Shown: positions 51,937 to 59,699, numbered from the stretch's first letter. The stretch: 64,000 nt of DNA from Terriglobia bacterium (GCA_963695545.1 OY968796.1:288001-352000), one strand, 5' to 3'. A program made the numbers and translations. Notes: generated from the sequence alone by a model not told the origin.

Positions 51937-53168
51937 CGCAGGAACAGGCCGACGATCGAGGCCGACATCAAATTGGCCATGGTGCCCGCGAGCATCGCGC
52001 GAATCCCGAGCCGCGCCAAATCGTTGCGGCGGTTCGGAGCCAGCGCTCCGATGCCCCCGATCTGCATGCCGATCGAGCTGAAATTCGCAAATCCGCACAG
52101 CGCAAACGTGGCAATGGTAAACGAGCGCGGATCGAGCACCGCCTTCATCGGTCCAAGAAATGAGAACGCCACCAGTTCGTTGAGCACCATGCGAATGCCC
52201 AGCAGGTTGCCGATTTTCGTGCAGTCGTGCCAGGGAACGCCGATCACCCAGGCCACCGGCGCAAAGGCCCATCCAAAAATCTGTTGCAGGCTCGAAGGGA
52301 ACCAGCCCACGTGGTGGTACGCGAGCCAGTTGTGCGTGCCGCCCATGATGCCGTTGATCAGCGCGATCAGCGCGAGAAACGCGATGAGCATCGCGCCGAC
52401 GTTGACCGCCAAACTCAATCCATCGGTTGTGCCGCGTGCGATAGCCGCAAGAAAATTGGTGTCTTTTTCCGTCTCGGGCATTTTCACGGTGCCCGCCGTC
52501 CGCGGGACCTCGGTTTCGGGTACGAGCATCTTGGCCATCAGCAGCGTGCCCGGCGCGGTCATGATCACGGCCGTCAGCAAATGCTTGGCGTCCACACCGA
52601 AGGCGATGTACGCCGCCATGATTCCACCGGAGACGTGCGCCATGCCGCTGGTCATTATGGTCATGAGCTCCGACTGTGTGGCATCCGGCAGAAACGGGCG
52701 AATCGTCAGCGGCGCTTCCGTCTGGCCCATGAAAATGCTGGCCGCGACGTTCAGCGATTCCGCGCCGCTCGCTCCCATCACGCGCTGCATCACCCAGGCG
52801 GCGCCCTTGATAACGATTTGCATCACGCCCAGGTAGTAGAGCAGCGCGAAAAACGCCGCGATGAAAATGATCGTAGGAAGCACCTGGAACGCGAAGATCA
52901 GACCGTACGATGAATTTTTCGCGCCCAAAGGTCCGAAAAGGAATTCCGATCCCACGTACGAATACCCCAACAGCTTGATCACTGCGTTGCCCGCTCTCTG
53001 AAACAGAGCTTCCCCGGCGCTAAATCGCAGCACAAAGTAGGCGAAGCTCAATTGCAGGCCCAATCCCCAGAGGATTGTCTTCAACTTAATCGCGCGGCGA
53101 TTTGTGGAGAACAGATAGGCCAGGCCCAGCATCGTCGCCAAGCCGAGTATCCCGGTGTAACGCCCCAT
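51933..53168 (-). CDS. nupC: Concentrative nucleoside transporter
   Basis: GQTEAPL, NELVA, LCGFANFSSIG. Confidence 0.92.
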   Translation of the reverse strand: MGRYTGILGLATMLGLAYLFSTNRRAIKLKTILWGLGLQLSFAYFVLRFSAGEALFQRAGNAVIKLLGYSYVGSEFLFGPLGAKNSSYGLIFAFQVLPTIIFIAAFFALLYYLGVMQIVIKGAAWVMQRVMGASGAESLNVAASIFMGQTEAPLTIRPFLPDATQSELMTIMTSGMAHVSGGIMAAYIAFGVDAKHLLTAVIMTAPGTLLMAKMLVPETEVPRTAGTVKMPETEKDTNFLAAIARGTTDGLSLAVNVGAMLIAFLALIALINGIMGGTHNWLAYHHVGWFPSSLQQIFGWAFAPVAWVIGVPWHDCTKIGNLLGIRMVLNELVAFSFLGPMKAVLDPRSFTIATFALCGFANFSSIGMQIGGIGALAPNRRNDLARLGIRAMLAGTMANLMSASIVGLFLR

Positions 53169-53311
53169 CCTGTTCCTCCTTGTGCTCGTGCCTTATGCCC
53201 GTTGCGCCGCGCGACTCGCTTGCGCGGCGTCCGCCACGCCAATTGACAGAGCATTCTAAGCCAAGCATGGCCACTAAACCGTGCAAATGTGCCGAAATTT
53301 CGGCCAGCGAA

Positions 53312-54622
53312 CTAGCCGCCGATCACGCGCCCCACGAGCGGACGGCCCGCGGCCGGCGGCCGCTGCGAAATGATGTATGCGGTTTCGACCAGGCGCCGCG
53401 CCTCGTCGAGTCGCGCGTCGGAGTTGTAATGCAGCGTGCAGAGCGGTTCGCCGCGCGCGACGCGATCGCCATTCCTCTTGTGAAACACCAGGCCCACCGC
53501 CGGATCCACCGAATCTTCTTTCTTCTCGCGCCCGCCACCGAGCACCACGACCGCGACGCCCAACTGCTCGCACTGCGTCGCTGCGACGTAGCCGTCGGCC
53601 GCGGCCACAACATCGAGCGTGTGTGCCGCCGGCCGCAGCAGCTTCGGATCGTCCACCACGCGCGCGTCGCCTCCCTGCTGCCGCACGATCTCGCGAAATT
53701 TTTCGCGCGCGCGGCCCGACGCGATCAACTCGGCCGCCACGCCCTTGCCTTCCTCCACGTTCTTCACCCGCTCGCCGAAAAGCAGCATCCACGCCGCGAG
53801 CGCCAAACACAATTCGCGCAAATCCGCCGGGCCGCCGCCCGCGAGCACTTCGATCGATTCCTGCACTTCCATCGCATTCCCGGCAGTGCGTCCCAGCGGC
53901 TGATCCATGTCCGTGAGCAGCGCGACCACCTGCTTGCCCATGCGGCGCCCGGTCTCGACCATCAATTCGGCAAGCAGCGTGGCATCCGCCTCAGTTTTCA
54001 AAAACGCGCCCGAGCCGACTTTGACATCGAGAACCAGCGCGTCGATTCCTTCCGCCAATTTCTTGCTCATGATCGAAGCGCAGATCAGCGAGCGGCTCTC
54101 AACCGTCCCCGTGACGTCGCGCAGCGCGTACATCTTCTTATCCGCCGGCGCGATCTCCGCCGTCTGACCGATCAGCGCGCAGCCCACGGTCTCCAGCGCG
54201 TGCCGAAATTCCGCGAGCGACAAATTCACGCTGAAGCCCGGAATCGATTCGAGCTTGTCGAGCGTGCCGCCCGTATGCCCCAATCCTCGCCCGCTGATCA
54301 TCGGCACGCGCACTCCGGCCGCGGCCACAATCGGCGCAATGATCAGCGAAGTCTTGTCGCCTACGCCGCCGGTTGAATGCTTGTCCACTTTTCGTCCGGG
54401 CATATCGGAAAAATCGAGCACCTTGCCCGAATGCAGCATCGCGTCGGTCAGCGCGGCGGTTTCCGCGCCATTCAATCCGCGCAGAAACGCAGCCATCAGC
54501 CACGCCGACATTTGATAATCGGGAATGTCCCCGCGCGTATAACCAGTGATCAGGAATCGGATTTCTTCAGGCGTGAGTTCGGCGGCGTCGCGTTTCCGGC
54601 GAATCAAATCAACGACGCGCAT
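53312..54622 (-). CDS. pdp: Pyrimidine-nucleoside/thymidine phosphorylase
   Basis: DKHSTGGVGDK, SGRGLGHTGGT.DKLE, SIMSKK. Confidence 0.93.
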   Translation of the reverse strand: MRVVDLIRRKRDAAELTPEEIRFLITGYTRGDIPDYQMSAWLMAAFLRGLNGAETAALTDAMLHSGKVLDFSDMPGRKVDKHSTGGVGDKTSLIIAPIVAAAGVRVPMISGRGLGHTGGTLDKLESIPGFSVNLSLAEFRHALETVGCALIGQTAEIAPADKKMYALRDVTGTVESRSLICASIMSKKLAEGIDALVLDVKVGSGAFLKTEADATLLAELMVETGRRMGKQVVALLTDMDQPLGRTAGNAMEVQESIEVLAGGGPADLRELCLALAAWMLLFGERVKNVEEGKGVAAELIASGRAREKFREIVRQQGGDARVVDDPKLLRPAAHTLDVVAAADGYVAATQCEQLGVAVVVLGGGREKKEDSVDPAVGLVFHKRNGDRVARGEPLCTLHYNSDARLDEARRLVETAYIISQRPPAAGRPLVGRVIGG

Positions 54623-54988
54623 GATTGGCAGCCTAGCATCCGCCGATAAACCGCGTCAACGAAACCATGCGGGCCGGTTGACCCAAAACCAATCGCGCCG
54701 AACGCGATTCGGGAACCAGACGGCCGCCACTCGCCGCCGAAATTGGGTAGGGAAAAAAAGGATTTTCTTCGCGGCCCAAATAAATTACTATCTCTCTTAT
54801 GCCAAGAATGAATAAACCCGCGATAGCCGACGTGATGCCCAAGACCGAAAAGAGGGGCGCCGCGGAAGCCGCGCTTGCCGCGGGCATGGCGCCCGCTGAG
54901 GTTTTCACCGCCGTCGTGCAGGATTATTACGGGGTCGCTGAGCGCAGAGGTCTTGTGGTGCACTGGGGCAGAATCATGCACGTTCCGC

Positions 54989-55210
54989 CTAGCGCCGCTT
55001 TGCGGATCGCGCAGGACGCGGACTTGATTCCGCCGACCCGCCTGACGCCTGCGCGGCCTCAGGAAAAGCCTCCGCATAAAAGCGTGCCAGAAACTTCCGA
55101 ATAAACCTCCCGCCACGCGGCGTAAGGCTGCGGATCGTCTCCACTCTCTTTTTAGCGGTCATCGCTGCGTATTTTGCGCGAATGGCGTTTACCAGATGCT
55201 TTTCAGCCAA
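54989..55210 (-). CDS. Small hypothetical protein
   Basis: 73-aa ORF with GGAGG upstream of TTG; divergent from the promoter at 55369. Confidence 0.35.
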   Translation of the reverse strand: MAEKHLVNAIRAKYAAMTAKKRVETIRSLTPRGGRFIRKFLARFYAEAFPEAAQASGGSAESSPRPARSAKRR

Positions 55211-55327
55211 TTGAGTTCACCCCTCCCGAGCGCTCTCTTCAGCGCATGATAGACACCCTCCGCCGCCAGCGTCAATGGGAGAAGAGGCGGCCACAGTCCT
55301 GTTTTCGAACGACCCTATTTGACCGCT

Positions 55328-55585
55328 TCTATTCGAATACCCAATCAGTTTATATTTACAAATCGTAATTGACAATCGTAATTGCCATGCTATAATGTGT
55401 TCCTATCGTCGGAGCGCTTCGTGCCTCCAGGCGGAACGCAATACCTCGCCGCAGTCGCTTCAAATCCCTCGCCAAATCCTCTCGCGTCGCCGAAAAAACG
55501 CCCTAACCCTTCTAGAATGACCAGTTCTGAGAAATCGCATTTTAACCTCTCTAGAATCAACACTTCTGGCGCAAAGGACTTAAAG
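55328..55585 (+). repeat. Promoter-led non-coding repeat element (copy B, left part), interrupted by the IS
   Basis: TCTATTCGAATAC; TTGACA(55369)-16-TATAAT(55391); AGAA-N7-TTCTG units at 55514 and 55553. Confidence 0.6.
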
Positions 55586-55646
55586 GGCGATTATGTACTT
55601 GACAAAGTAACGCGATTCAGGTAGTCTCTGTGTCAGTGAGGCTGCC

Positions 55647-56630
55647 ATGAACCTGATAGACGTAACCCGAAAGTTCGCCACGAAAGAAGCCTGCAACGAA
55701 TACCTAGCCGCGATGCGCTGGCCGAATGGCGTCACATGCACTCATTGCGGCGTTGTCGGCGACGATCAATTCCGCTCGTTCACCACGCGCGAGACTGAGC
55801 GCAAGCGGTACAGCAAGCGCAAGAAGGCTGTTGTTACGGTCAAGGTTCCGTCGCGCAGCCTGTACGAGTGCAAGGGCTGCGGCTATCAATTCAGCGCGAC
55901 CACGGGCACGGTGTTCCATGATTCGCACTTGCCGCTGGAAAAGTGGTTCATGGCGATTGCGTTGATTCTGGAAGCGAAGAAAGGAATCAGCGCATTGCAG
56001 GTCTGCCGCAATCTTGGAATCCCTGAGAGTAGCTACCGGACGGTCTGGTATCTCTGCCATCGCATCCGTGAAGCCACGCAAGAGACCGGCCTGCTATCCG
56101 GCATCGTTGAGACCGACGAGACCTACCTGACACCGAAGAAGCCGCGCAAGGGAGCGCCGAAAGTGAAGAAAGAAAAACGCGACGTGGTACTTGGCATGAT
56201 CGAGCGCGGCGGCAGGCTGCGAATGGTTCCGATGCGCGACGCGAAGATGGAGATAATCGAACCCATCCTTGCGAAGCACATCGCGCCCGACGCCACGCTA
56301 CAAACTGACGAACACCCGACCTACGCGATAATCGGGAAGCGCCGTTTTCCCGGCAGGCATCGCGCGATCAACCACAGCCAGTCCTACGGGATTGGCGACA
56401 ACACAACCAACTCGATTGAGAATGCGTTCTCGCTGTTAAAGCGCGGCGTCTATGGGACGTTCCACAAGGTCTCGATAAAGCACCTTGGCCGCTATTGCAA
56501 CGAGTTTTCCTACAGGTTCAATCGGCGCGGGAATCAGTCGGAGATGTTCGGCGAGACCGTGAAGGGATTGCTAAACAACGGGCCGCTGCCGCTCAAGAAG
56601 CTGACTGCTTCCGAAACATCGGAGACTTAG
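55647..56630 (+). CDS. IS1595-family DDE transposase
   Basis: RWPNG..CxxC...CxxC zinc ribbon, HTH, 'ETDETY', 'TDE', 'NH', 'TNSIEN', 'HL.RY.NEF.YRFN.R'; promoter TTGACA(55599)-17-TAGTCT starts inside the left TIR. Confidence 0.93.
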   Translation: MNLIDVTRKFATKEACNEYLAAMRWPNGVTCTHCGVVGDDQFRSFTTRETERKRYSKRKKAVVTVKVPSRSLYECKGCGYQFSATTGTVFHDSHLPLEKWFMAIALILEAKKGISALQVCRNLGIPESSYRTVWYLCHRIREATQETGLLSGIVETDETYLTPKKPRKGAPKVKKEKRDVVLGMIERGGRLRMVPMRDAKMEIIEPILAKHIAPDATLQTDEHPTYAIIGKRRFPGRHRAINHSQSYGIGDNTTNSIENAFSLLKRGVYGTFHKVSIKHLGRYCNEFSYRFNRRGNQSEMFGETVKGLLNNGPLPLKKLTASETSET

Positions 56631-56742
56631 AACCGCGCTTTCCAGAAGTTTTTATCTCGCTCTGTGGCTTTGGCTTTGAGCCGAGCAATGCGGAGAGTAC
56701 CGCGTCGAACTTCTTCTTCTCGACAAGTACCCTTTTCTTCAT
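56593..56742 (-). CDS. 49-aa basic protein convergently overlapping the transposase 3' end
   Basis: Hand-translated MKKRVLVEKKKFDAVLSALLGSKPKPQSEIKTSGKRGSKSPMFRKQSAS; no clear RBS. Confidence 0.45.
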   Translation of the reverse strand: MKKRVLVEKKKFDAVLSALLGSKPKPQSEIKTSGKRGSKSPMFRKQSAS

Positions 56743-56768
56743 GGGTGAATCGTAGCATAATTGCTTAG

Positions 56769-56860
56769 CGGGGCCGGAAGGATTCGGACCTTCGGAACGT
56801 GCCTTAACACGTTTCGCCCGATTATAAGTCGGGTGCTTTAAACCACTCAGCCACGGCCCC
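56769..56860 (-). tRNA. Atypical tRNA-like gene: long variable arm, anticodon UAU, G73, no encoded CCA
   Basis: GGGGCCG-TG-GCT GAGTGGTTTAA AGC-A-CCCGA CTTATAA TCGGG-variable arm (AACGTG/CACGTT)-GAAGG TCCGAAT CCTTC-CGGCCCC-G. Confidence 0.85.
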
Positions 56861-56869
56861 GCTAAGCAA

Positions 56870-56974
56870 TCAAGTGCGCCCGCCCCGGTAAGGAAACGGG
56901 CGCACCTTTGAAAAGTCTAAGTTGAAAACTGGTGGCGGTCGTGCTATAAAGGAGACCAACCGTAGGCGCATCAT
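56870..56974 (-). CDS. Putative 33-34 aa leader peptide upstream of the tRNA-like gene
   Basis: AAAGGAGG RBS then ATGATG; MMRLRLVSFIARPPPVFNLDFSKVRPFPYRGGRT*. Confidence 0.55.
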   Translation of the reverse strand: MMRLRLVSFIARPPPVFNLDFSKVRPFPYRGGRT

Positions 56975-57021
56975 CGCGCCTCCTTTCGTGAACATCGACA
57001 GTCGCTAAGGGATAGGTTCTA

Positions 57022-57053
57022 GGGGTAAGAGAGGTTACAGCCTCTCTTACCCC
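57022..57053. terminator. Perfect 13-bp hairpin (terminator or processing site)
   Basis: GGGGTAAGAGAGG-TTACAG-CCTCTCTTACCCC just after the 138-aa ORF stop; no U-tract. Confidence 0.55.
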
Positions 57054-57068
57054 GCTTCTACTTATGGT

Positions 57069-57485
57069 TCATTTAGTCCGTTTCCCCACAAACCCTACAG
57101 CAAGAAGGGGCTGTTTGTTTGCTTGAAGGTGCTCTTCGGGTATTTCGGCAACAAACATGGATTCCGATTCGTCCCACTTAGCAGGATACGATCGAGACTC
57201 AGACCGGTCATAGCCGATGTAGTCCATGAAAGTCTTGGCTGAAAATCCAGCACCGTTTCCCTTCTTCCCGTATGCCAAGGCATAAGCGCGGGAGTCTTTC
57301 TTACTGATCGGGCGAACTCCCAACTGATGCTTGGCTGCATCCCACATCAGCAGAACATACTCAACGGCGTCCTTTTCGAGGATTGCCGTGGCAGATTTGT
57401 TGAATGCTAGACGGCCTAGCTTGTTAAAGGTAACATTAGGGCTGCCACTCCGACGTACTCTGCGCGTGAAAATCTCCCAACTCAT
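57069..57485 (-). CDS. Hypothetical protein (138 aa), transposon cargo
   Basis: Globular composition, AGGAGG RBS, dedicated promoter. Confidence 0.8.
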   Translation of the reverse strand: MSWEIFTRRVRRSGSPNVTFNKLGRLAFNKSATAILEKDAVEYVLLMWDAAKHQLGVRPISKKDSRAYALAYGKKGNGAGFSAKTFMDYIGYDRSESRSYPAKWDESESMFVAEIPEEHLQANKQPLLAVGFVGKRTK

Positions 57486-57523
57486 CGCATTTCCCTCCTA
57501 TTCGAGAAGCATCGACAGAACAG

Positions 57524-57554
57524 ATTATACCATACGTTACATGAGAATTGTCAA
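57524..57554 (-). promoter_or_regulatory. sigma70 promoter for the 138-aa ORF / leader / tRNA-like unit
   Basis: TTGACA-19-TATAAT with extended -10 (TGG TATAAT). Confidence 0.7.
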
Positions 57555-57743
57555 TAGCAAACTTCAGAAACTCCCATTGTTTCCGGTAGCCTCAGAATAC
57601 TGCAAGCCTATCTCGCGTGTCCCTTGGTACGCGGTGAGTTTGACTTGGGAATAGTATGCCGGATACTTTCGTCTTGAAATACATTGCCGCAATCTTTTAT
57701 ATTGCGTTAGTGTAGCTATCGTAATCTGCTGATGAGAAACAAG

Positions 57744-57772
57744 TTGACTGGTTTATCTCGAATGCCTAGTAT
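57744..57772 (+). promoter_or_regulatory. sigma70 promoter for small RNA / DUF3800 gene
   Basis: TTGACT-17-TAGTAT. Confidence 0.65.
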
Positions 57773-57778
57773 ATCTGT

Positions 57779-57846
57779 GCGACTGGGCCGAGACGCTACG
57801 CGACTCTTGCAGGGCCGAACGGCCCCGCCCCAGACGCTTTTTTTTT
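57779..57846 (+). ncRNA. Candidate structured small RNA upstream of the DUF3800 gene
   Basis: Closing stem GCG.CTGGG/CCCAG.CGC enclosing hairpins GAG.CGC-TAC-GCG.CTC and GGGCCG-AA-CGGCCC, followed by T9. Confidence 0.6.
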
Positions 57847-57888
57847 CTCGGTCAATTGCTTCCCTCGAAGAAAGCCTGAAATCCGTAA

Positions 57889-58773
57889 ATGCACCTTTGC
57901 TACATAGATGAAAGTGGCGTGCCTGAACTAAATCAAGGGACGAGTCATTTTGTGCTGCTCGGTCTATCTATCGAGGCGTGGGATTGGAGGGGTCAAGATC
58001 GCGCGGTTTCGGTCGTTAAGCGAAAGTTTGGGCTGTACGGCGCAGAGATTCATACCGGATGGATGACTAGGCGTTATCTTGAGCAGGAGAGAATCCCAAA
58101 TTTTCAATCGCTGGATCGAACTGCTCGCCAAACACAGGTAAGAAAAGAACGGGACGCGCAACTCATCAAAGAGGATGCTCTTAAGGGAAGCAAGGCCGCC
58201 AGAGAACTGCGGAAGAGCTACCGCAAGTCAGATACCTATATTCATTTGACCCTAGGGGAACGAAGGAATTGCCTACGGGAGCTTGCTGATTTGATTGGTG
58301 GGTGGGGAAACGCGCGACTTTTCTGTCATGCAATTGATAAACGCGCCTTTGGGTCAACGCCGCCTGCTAACCCACCACGAGAAGAAGCGTTCACCCACGT
58401 AGTCAGTCGCTTTGAGCGATACCTTTCGGATATAGGAGACCCGCGAACGATCGGACTCCTTGCTCATGACCATGACGATACGTCCGCAGACAGAATGACC
58501 CAATTGATGCGCCAGTTTCATTCGAGCGGAACAATGTGGACTGCCATCACAAGAATTATCGAAACCCCGTTTTTCGTGGACAGTAAATTGACGGTTGGCG
58601 TTCAGTTGGCGGACTTGTGTGCGTATGCTACTCGCCGCTACTGCGAGAAGGGCGAGACCGATTTATTTGATAGAATTTGGCCCCGATTTAACAGGGTTGG
58701 AACGAGGGTAGTCGGGTTGCGCCATTACGTCGGGGCTCGAAACTGCACCTGCCGGATTTGTACTTCACATTAG
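57889..58773 (+). CDS. DUF3800-like (RNase H-like fold) protein
   Basis: N-terminal YIDESG, 'EIH', C-terminal 'FVDS...QLADLCAY'. Confidence 0.85.
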   Translation: MHLCYIDESGVPELNQGTSHFVLLGLSIEAWDWRGQDRAVSVVKRKFGLYGAEIHTGWMTRRYLEQERIPNFQSLDRTARQTQVRKERDAQLIKEDALKGSKAARELRKSYRKSDTYIHLTLGERRNCLRELADLIGGWGNARLFCHAIDKRAFGSTPPANPPREEAFTHVVSRFERYLSDIGDPRTIGLLAHDHDDTSADRMTQLMRQFHSSGTMWTAITRIIETPFFVDSKLTVGVQLADLCAYATRRYCEKGETDLFDRIWPRFNRVGTRVVGLRHYVGARNCTCRICTSH

Positions 58774-58848
58774 AAATACCGCCTGCCTGTCACGCCTCAA
58801 TCCTGCCGTTTGGCCGCTACTTTGTCAAATCCATATTCGCCCTTAAAG

Positions 58849-58895
58849 TCATTCAGAATCAGCACTTCTGAAAAACACCCGGGGGGGAGGGGGGC
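58849..58895 (+). repeat. Right part of the interrupted repeat element (third unit plus G-tract)
   Basis: CAGAATCAGCACTTCTG then AAAAACACCCGGGGGGGAGGGGG. Confidence 0.6.
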
Positions 58896-58898
58896 GCC

Positions 58899-59699
58899 TT
58901 ACTTCGTCGGATCGCTTTTGGAGGCCCCAACTTCGGCCAGGCGCTTCTGCATCTCCGCGTGGATACGCGCGTTCGATGCGACCATGTCAGGGTCGCCCGG
59001 GCGATGCGGCGCCCCGCCGGCAAATGGCGTCACGCTGCCGCCCGCCTCGCGCACCAGAAGCGCGCCTGCGGCAGTGTCCCACGAGCGCAGACCAAATTCC
59101 CAGAAGCCGTCAAATCGGCCGCACGCCACCGACGCCAAATCCAACGCGGCCGATCCATCGCGGCGGACACCATGAGAGTGCAACGTAAAATCCCAGTAGT
59201 AGCGAATGTTGAGACTCTGTTCGCGCTTGTTGGTCGGAAAACCCGTGGCCACCAGGCTCGTCGCGAGCGTGTCGATCGTCGAAACGTGAATTCGTTTCTG
59301 ATTCAAAAACGCGCCTTCGCCGCGCACCGCGGTGAACATTTCCTGCGCCATTGGGTTGTAAACGGCGGCGACCAAAAGCTCGCCCGCTTCTTCAAGGCCG
59401 ATCGAGACGGCAAAGCACGGATAGCTGTGCGCGTAGTTCGTCGTGCCGTCGAGCGGATCCACATACCACCGAAACGCCGACGCGTTTTCCTGGCCGCCGC
59501 CTTCTTCGGCGACGATGGCGTGCTTCGGGAAATGGTCGCGCAGCCGCGTCACGATCGCTTGCTCGGATCGCTTGTCGGCTTGCGTCACGATGTCCACGTC
59601 GCCCTTGTAAGTGATCTGGCGCGGGCGGTCGAATTCCGCCAGCAGGATGGCTCCGCCTTCGCGCGCCGCTTCGACGGCGACATCGAGATAAGCATTCAT
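58899..59699 (-). CDS. suhB: Inositol monophosphatase family protein
   Basis: AEE, DPLDGTTN, GSAALD, WDTAAG. Confidence 0.92.
   Translation of the reverse strand: MNAYLDVAVEAAREGGAILLAEFDRPRQITYKGDVDIVTQADKRSEQAIVTRLRDHFPKHAIVAEEGGGQENASAFRWYVDPLDGTTNYAHSYPCFAVSIGLEEAGELLVAAVYNPMAQEMFTAVRGEGAFLNQKRIHVSTIDTLATSLVATGFPTNKREQSLNIRYYWDFTLHSHGVRRDGSAALDLASVACGRFDGFWEFGLRSWDTAAGALLVREAGGSVTPFAGGAPHRPGDPDMVASNARIHAEMQKRLAEVGASKSDPTK

Larger units (their letters stand above)
55586..58841 (+). mobile_element. IS1595-family element with passenger genes (3256 bp)
   Basis: TIRs 55586-55612 and 58815-58841 (23/27 identical, start GGCG); flanking direct repeat CTTAAAG at 55579-55585 and 58842-58848; transposase inside; AT-richer cargo. 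Confidence 0.9.

Noticed and set aside
56769..56860. Ordinary tRNA-Ile or tRNA-Sec annotation
   Set aside because: Long variable arm and G73 contradict Ile identity; anticodon is not UCA and stems are 7/5
55504..58870. CRISPR interpretation of the 39-bp-period repeats
   Set aside because: Only three degenerate units, spacers far too short, no cas genes in the window
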